Assembly: GCA_047495785.1 (NCBI GenBank)
Contig: JBLDXI010000138.1
Span: forward strand, 1-14,014
DNA from: Lepidodermella squamata
Taxonomy: Eukaryota; Animalia; Gastrotricha
Length of the DNA: 14,014 bases
Direction: 5' to 3'
In this document: in pieces, positions 7,395 through 14,014 of the stretch
How positions within the stretch are numbered: position 1 is the first letter of the stretch
How the letters are laid out: each line of letters opens with the position of its first letter
Notes under the pieces: model-generated
Told to the model about the DNA's origin: nothing
Seen by the model: the letters and a program-made list of their open reading frames with translations, nothing else
Databases searched by the model: none
Position numbers and translations under genes: made by a program

Positions 7395-10300
7395 TCAAGC
7401 CATTTCGCGAAGTTCTTTCATGAAATCGATAACTTGTACCGGCGTGTAGATGTAAACTCGGCGGTAACCAACACCTTTGATGTACGGCTTGATCTCGCGA
7501 TGAAAGGTCAACCCGCAATCCAGGTAGTGCTGATTAACTTCTTTTGACACCAAAATAAACCCATCCTGGCCGCAACTTTCCAAACGTGAGGCAAAATTCA
7601 CCGTATCACCGAGAATGTCATACAAAGGCCTTAAAATTATAGAAAATTAAAAAAAAATTAAAAAAAATTAAAAATTTATTACATTGATGACCCAATTACT
7701 CCTGCGACAACAGGTCCGCAATGAAGCCCGACGCGTAACTGATAATCATAGCTGATTTGAGAGTTCAATTTTCGAAGGACATCGAACATGTTAGCAGCAA
7801 ATTCCAGAAGAATCAAAGCGGCTGCGTCGAAATCGACCCCTGATCCGAGGCCAGCGGCGTACATGAACATTGTCTGGTTGATTTTGATTTTTTCAATGTA
7901 CTTGGAGTACTCGTGCTGGTCCATCAGGTTGTCGAAAGCGGCTGTTATTTCGTTGAGGGCTCGCATCACCTCGGCTGAATCGCCTTCGAAAGTGTAGTTC
8001 GTGATTTTCGCGAATAAAATGCAAACTTGTTCGTGGGATCGGACGTACAAGGCCTGTCAAAATTGATGAAAATTTTAAATTTATTACAAATTTATTACCG
8101 TTGTAACAGTTTCCGAAGCCAGGTACCATTCAATGACATGAGATGGCAGGATATTCTCCAATAAAGCGCTATTTTGCGCCAGCTTTTTGTTCAGTTCCAT
8201 CTCCTTCTTTTTCGCCCCGTCTCGCAGCAAGAAATCAAGTCGGTTATTTTTCTCCTGTTGATAGCACATGACAAACAAATTGGCGAAGAAAAACGATATG
8301 AATAAAGCGTAATAGGTTTTAGATTCAAAGTTGGTATGGCTGAATTTATGCTGAACAGCACACATGTCATAAGCAGCAAAAGCATCGGGTTTTAGCAGGA
8401 AAGCGAAGAAGATGAACACTAAATTTCCGATTATTATAACAAGGTAGCGGATAAGGAAAGGAATGCGAGAGAAAATTGACGTGACAAAAATCAGCAGGAC
8501 AGTCATGTCGCCGAAAAGGTAAGCATCGGCACAGTAGCCATCAGGCTCGCCACCTGGGGTCGAATTATAGCTTCGAGGCTGGCTCATCGAATCTTCGAAA
8601 TTCACGATGGGGCTATACATGTGGCGCATTGATTGACGAGCAGGCAATTGGGCTGAAAAATTGGCAAAAATTAGAGAAAAATAGTACAGCGTGTCCCATA
8701 ATAAGTTTCGCAACCATTTTGTAATTTAAAATTTTTTCAAGAAAATTAAACTAATTTTTTAAAATTAAGCCCACTGGGGGAATCTTCCATCCTCTAACCA
8801 GGATATTACCGAGGAAATGAAAAATGTACTGGAAAAAACCCAGAAAACCCCGATGGTAACTGTTTCGGTATTTTCGGTTTTTACCTGGTTGGATGAAATT
8901 TCTTCGGATTTTTTAATATTATTCACAAGAAACATGCTTGATTACCATTCCTGTGGCATTTCTAAGATTTTTCTGGCCTTGAGATATGGCTCATTTTCGA
9001 GTTACTGAACCTTTTTCTGTATATTCTCTTATTGTTTGCGTTACTTATGGGACACGCTGTAAATAAGATTTTTACTCACATTTATTGCACAATTTTTCGT
9101 CGTCGATGTAGCAAATTTCGCAGACGCTGTCGTTGAAAATTTTTCGAAGTTCAGACTCGTTCAGTGGTTTACACAGATAGAACGGCATGAACGCGTTGCA
9201 GTACAGTATTGCCATGGCTGAAACATAAGCGACGCTTCTAGCAAAATTTGACCGCAAGAAAACTCGAAGTTTAGCCATTAGCTTATTCGAAAAGCCGCAG
9301 ATTGTGAAGAAAAACACGGCGAGGCCGAGGACGAGTGTAGTGACGCTTGAAATCGCCGTAGTAACAGCCTGATTTTGACCCTGAAGACCATTCAAACGGA
9401 TTATGGCCGTTATTATCAGGAAGGTCAGGTAGGACACGACTATGGCCAGCTGGAAGGGATCGTCACGGTGTTGCTTGTAAATTCTTTCCAACCTCAAATT
9501 CTGAAAAAATCAATTTTAAACAGCTATTGCTACACCAGGAAAGATTCCCGAACCTTGAACGTCATCGAAATAGGATTCATTTCAGCCTGGATTTCTTTGA
9601 GGCGGCTCTCGTCCATGAAAACCTCTTTCAGCCGCGCATTGGTCTCTTTTTCCTTATCTTGAGGCTGAAAGATGAAAAATGAGTTATAGGATTGAAAGGT
9701 TCTCGCGAAAATGCTCACCGAAATCTGCAACTGTTGGCAGAATTTGCGTGTGTCATCGATGAAATTTCCGATCGGGTTGTCGCTTGAAGGGGTCGAGGTA
9801 ACCTGGTCACGGATGAGTTCACACGGTCCTGAGTTAGTTGGGGCCTCGATTTGGCTGGCACTCGCATGAGTCACAAACACGTTGCCCAACTTCTTCATAG
9901 CACGAGTTAGCGTCCCTGACTCATGATTCGTAGACCCTACGTTGGACGAATTACGGCTTGGGGGCGGCGAGGTGGGCCCATTCAATGTCAAGTTATTGGG
10001 TGACCTGGGTGGAATATCGATCGGGGGATTTCTCATTTCCTCAGCCATACGGCATTTAACTATGAACGAAGTAATAGATTTTCGAGTCAGCAGTTCCCTA
10101 GCCTCTCGACCTTTTTCCTGCATATTGAAGAATCGCATGACTGGTTCGACTACGAAGGACTCCTGCGGCAACTTCTGAACCGTCGCCTTGCTAGCGTGTA
10201 CGCACCCTGGGACACCCTGCGTCTCGAGAGCGTTAGCTATTTCAACATCTTCGGACCAAACGTCGAATTGCCACTTCCTTAGGCCGAGAATGCCGGCGAA

Positions 10301-12800
10301 GACGAAGCCGGAATGAATACCGATTCGCATGTTCAACTGCGGAACATTCCTCTGCACGGCGATGTGGCGAATTTCCTTCGCCAGATTCAACCCCATCCAC
10401 ACGGCATCAACCGCGCTTTGCCGGTCATTTTGATTCAGGCCAGACACGCATTTGTAACAATCGCCTATCAGTTTAGTCCTCTGGCAATGAAACCGCTCGG
10501 CAAGGTGGTCAAACTGGGAGTACAGATCGGGTTTCCACAAGCTGTGACGGAGTTAGCGTTCCGGTGAGGTTGACAAATTCGACGATATCTGCGAATAAAA
10601 TCGTAACGTCGTCGTGTTTTTGGATGTTCAACTTCAAAATTCGCCGGGAGAAGTCAGTGCATGACGGCGCCCCGTCATCTGCCATGCCAAGCATAGCAAC
10701 TGTTGGCCTTTGGTAATTAGGGTCAGTCGACTGACGCCGCCTCTTGCTTTCCCGTCTCGAAATTTGAAAATGTCTCAGCTTTTCGATCTGGCCAAGAATA
10801 TCCGGCACGAGATAGGCAGGGATAATTTTGAAAATCAGCGACTCTTTCATGCGGAGGGTTATCTGATTTTTTATGTTGGTTAGCAGTTCGGTTTCGATGT
10901 ATTGACGCGTGTTGTAGCACGTCTGGCGGTAGGTCAATTCGGTGCAAAATACCTTGAGATACACGCCGATAACATTGGCAGCCATGAACAGGAGGCAAAT
11001 TGAAATGACCTGATTTACGACACCTTCCTCGGGCTCACGGGCCTCTTCTCTTTGACCGGGAAAGTTCGCGACAGCTTCGGCTTCAATGACCTCATAAGCG
11101 TAGACAAAAACACCAATTTGGTTACCAATGCTTAAAATCGATAGGGAAATCGCGGCGACTAAGCTGGTAAGAGTCCCGACGGGGAGCATCGCATAAGCCG
11201 TGAAAATGTAGTGCAAAACCAAGGGTGCAGGGTCGAACATCGACTTGGAGAAACCGGCTTCAATCCAAGGTTCGGCCAGAATGTGGAGCCCGTAGATTAA
11301 TAGAAAGGTGATCGACATCAATCCCGACCATTTCGTGTAAATGTCTTCAATCCTAGCCCCGCATAAGAAGACAACCGCTGTGGCTAGGATGGTGCCCGAT
11401 GATAGGGCTTTTGCGATGAAGTAGTTGAACTCCTCCGTGTCTGGTAGCCCTGGATTTTTGTCGTCAAAGGAATAGTAAAAAATAGCGAGGGCAAGGCCGA
11501 TTATTTTGTAAACGGCCAAAATGGCCAACATTGATGACATGTGCGATCGAAACTGGCGCTTCGAATAGACCTGGTACATCTCCTCAATAGCCAGCTTCTT
11601 GAAAAGTTTCTGTAGGAATAAAATTATTTGTAAAATTGTTGAATAATTTTAAATAATTTTTAGCATCTCAGTATCTCTTGGAAATAATAGAGAATAGTAA
11701 AAATTGCCAAAAAAAATTTTGTTATGAAAATAAAAAATCCTCCTTAACCAAATTTTATAGCCAAACCAATGCGTAGCCTAAATTTAGAGCTTCATTGCTA
11801 AAATTTGAGGCTTCAGTCCTGAATTTCCCCAAAATATGGTTTCTCGAGTTTCTGACTCTCATTCAAACCTCAGTTTAGTATTGGGCCCACCCGAAAAAAA
11901 CCAAGGCGAAATAAAAAAATCGGAAATTTTGGGCTAGATTGCCTTTCAGTGCTGGAACCTGGAACCCCATGGGGGAAATCTTAGTGCAGTACCAAATTTC
12001 ATTTAATTAATACCTAACCATTTTATTCGCTTAATTAAGTGGGTAGGGTTAGGATAGGATTAGATGCTGGATCTTAAAATTGGGGATATGGAACTGATTG
12101 GAATAATTTGGTACAGAATTGAATGGTGTTTCGTGCTGAATTCAAAAACGATTTGAATTGGGAATTCGTAAATTTACGAATAGATTCCGGGGATAATGGG
12201 GTTTTATTTTACCTTGAGAATAGCAAGAGAGAACATGTCAACATGGTTAGCCGGTTTCGAGTCGCTAGCTTCTTCTTCATAGAACAGCCTCGAAATAAAC
12301 TGATCTTGGCGGTTGTTGCCCTTCGAACTTCGCTGGCCCCCACTACTCGTGCTTGATCGCTTTTTAGAAACAGGTTCAGCCGTAGCAGCCGGGTCTAGAC
12401 GGACCGAAGACGTACGACGACTTCTCAACTCGCCGACTGTTGTCGACCGGCGCCCCTGCTGGGTCTGGTAAAGTGGGTTGTCTAGCATCGCATCCCCACT
12501 TTCGCTAGCGCCCAGGGTCCAACCCGGTCCAGTCGCGCGGCGTTTGCTGAGATCGCGCGGTGCCTCTAGAACATTCTCGATGCTGCCTTTATCGCTGCTT
12601 TTGACGTATCCATTCAATCGTGGCAGCTTTTTGAAGCCACTGAGCGGCGTCATGGTTATAACTGCATCATTCGGCTGCGAATTCGTGCTTTCAGTCGAGC
12701 GGGGTGATACTGAGGAGCTTGAAGGTTCCTCGGAAAAGTCGAATAGAGCTGAAATATTGTCTTCGCTGGCATCATTTGTCGGAGGTGGTGGCGGTGGCAT
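7395..12800 (-). CDS. Transmembrane (12-TM) class III adenylyl cyclase, about 1390 aa, 7 exons, with an apparent frameshift at ~10529
   Basis: Inferred exons (minus strand): 12800-12213, 11609-9719, 9664-9554, 9500-9080, 8652-8099, 8053-7683, 7629-7395. All introns are GT-AG with compatible phases (603, 54, 53, 427, 45, 53 bp). There are two hydrophobic multi-helix blocks. C1a motifs: ILFADIVEF, LIGDCY (both metal-binding Asp), MRIGIHSG, KWQFDVWS. C2a motifs: LLENILPSHV, EKIK, LRVGLHCGPVVAGVIG, YDILGDTVNFASRLES. The Lys/Asp adenine-specificity residues and catalytic Asn/Arg are present. The exons sum to 4171 nt (3n+1), consistent with one frameshift. The ADCY subtype cannot be assigned by eye. 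Confidence 0.92.
8687..9059. mobile_element. Tc1/mariner-type MITE, 373 bp, in adenylyl cyclase intron 4
   Basis: TA at 8685-8686 and 9060-9061 flanks a 15-bp perfect TIR CAGCGTGTCCCATAA, which extends imperfectly to about 27-30 bp (...taagtttcgcaacca versus ...gtaacgcaaaca). Removing the element plus one TA shrinks the intron from 427 to 52 bp, the typical size in this window. Confidence 0.85.
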
Positions 12801-14014
12801 TTTCCCACTAAACTGGCACCATACTTAAATCGGGAAAATTCCGCTTTATTGTGCCTCTTGGGAATGGATTGAGAGTTATAACGCGAGCCGTGCGAAATTT
12901 GAAAAATCTTTATCGAAAATGCGTTGACATATGGCTCTGGCTTCTGAGTAATTCAGGTGCATTTAATTGATAACGAACATTAATATCAGGGTCATATGCT
13001 GTTTTTTTCACGATTTATTACCACAACCAACTCAACAAAAAATATACGAAAATTCAGACACGTTTTTGTATAAGTTAATCATCCGAAATCAAATTATCGA
13101 AGCAAATCAAACTTCGCTTTCATTAATTAAAGATAATGCTCCGCCATTTTAGATTGATTAATGCGCACTTTTTGCAGTACACATATTATTACGCTCATCA
13201 AGTGATTTCTTCCAGCACGCGACCCGAAAAGCAAAAAATCGTGATGAGTCATCTCGGCACACTAATAAAATGTTGTAGAGCGTCAGATCTATGGTATTTA
13301 TTTATCATGGTGTTGACAATTTTTCTGAAGATTTCGTCTCATTAGCCCATCGATTATCTCAGATGTCATTGCTGGGATGACATTTTCCTCTAAAAAATCT
13401 CTGAATGATGAAAACTGATAAAATTAAGGAATAAAGACTTGGCTACGAGCAGTAGCGGCAAATGAATTGGCAGCCTAGTTTTCGCTTTTGGTTTGAATTT
13501 TGGACCCTGCTTTTTTTATCACTTGAAAATGTAAAATGTATTAGCCGCATGGAACAATAATAAAATCCTCTTTTAATGAAATTATAATTGCTCGTAAAAG
13601 GAATGAATCAAGATTTTGAATCAGAATTTGGACATCCCAATGTCTTTCACCCATATCGGCGGTGGTGGAGAAAACATGGCCGAGAGATTATAAATGATCG
13701 AACACTTTACGCGTGGCTGATACCTCCGATTATATTTTTCCTTAATATTGTAAGTGAGGCAGAACCCTTTAAGGCGGAAAATAATAATATATAACGCCAT
13801 GAGTAAGGCGTAAGGTAATGTTGCGAATTGTTTACCCGCTATACATTACACCGCACCATCCCACTCGCCTTTCAATAGCTCAATAGCTGGTATGTAAGTG
13901 CCGTCTTACGGCGCTATTTTACGGCGAACAATGATTTTTCAGCTCCGCATCGCAATCCGCATACTCACCACCATAGTAGCGGCTCCCATTTTATTCGTTG
14001 TTTTCGTTTGATGT

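Larger units (their letters stand above)
4699..8483. repeat. Right arm of the giant inverted repeat
   Basis: Reverse complement of 1..3805. It starts ttaaagtattcttca, mirroring tgaagaatactttaa at 3791-3805. Confidence 0.98.

Noticed and set aside
7395-8053. Guanylyl cyclase assignment
   Set aside because: The specificity positions are Lys (EKIK) and Asp (YDI), not Glu/Cys, and the architecture is 2x(6TM + catalytic domain).
9375-12828. Plus-strand and alternate-frame ORFs overlapping the cyclase
   Set aside because: These are shadow ORFs of the GC-richer cyclase exons.
12967-13794. Three short plus-strand ORFs upstream of the cyclase
   Set aside because: They are 61-69 aa, AT-rich, mostly with non-ATG starts, and I found no motifs or coherent splice model.

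Overview
This is eukaryotic DNA, probably from an invertebrate animal with a compact genome and AT-rich GT-AG introns of about 45-62 bp; the species cannot be told from the sequence. The main structure is a giant inverted repeat: 1..3805 is the reverse complement of 4699..8483, and the left arm runs off the window edge. The spacer is exactly an 893-bp non-autonomous piggyBac-like element (TTAA|CCC...GGG|TTAA), so deleting it would leave a perfect palindrome centred on TTAA. Each arm carries two tandem PLAC8/cornifelin-family genes and the 3' part of a 12-TM adenylyl cyclase. The full cyclase gene (7 exons, minus strand, 12800..7395) has a frameshift in its first catalytic domain and a Tc1/mariner-type MITE in intron 4. 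I found only two differences between the arms: a 1-bp homopolymer indel, and a 19-bp insertion at 501..519. The first 17 nt of that insertion match, from memory, PacBio barcode bc1003 plus the T overhang. That points to library contamination and means the palindrome itself needs read-level validation.
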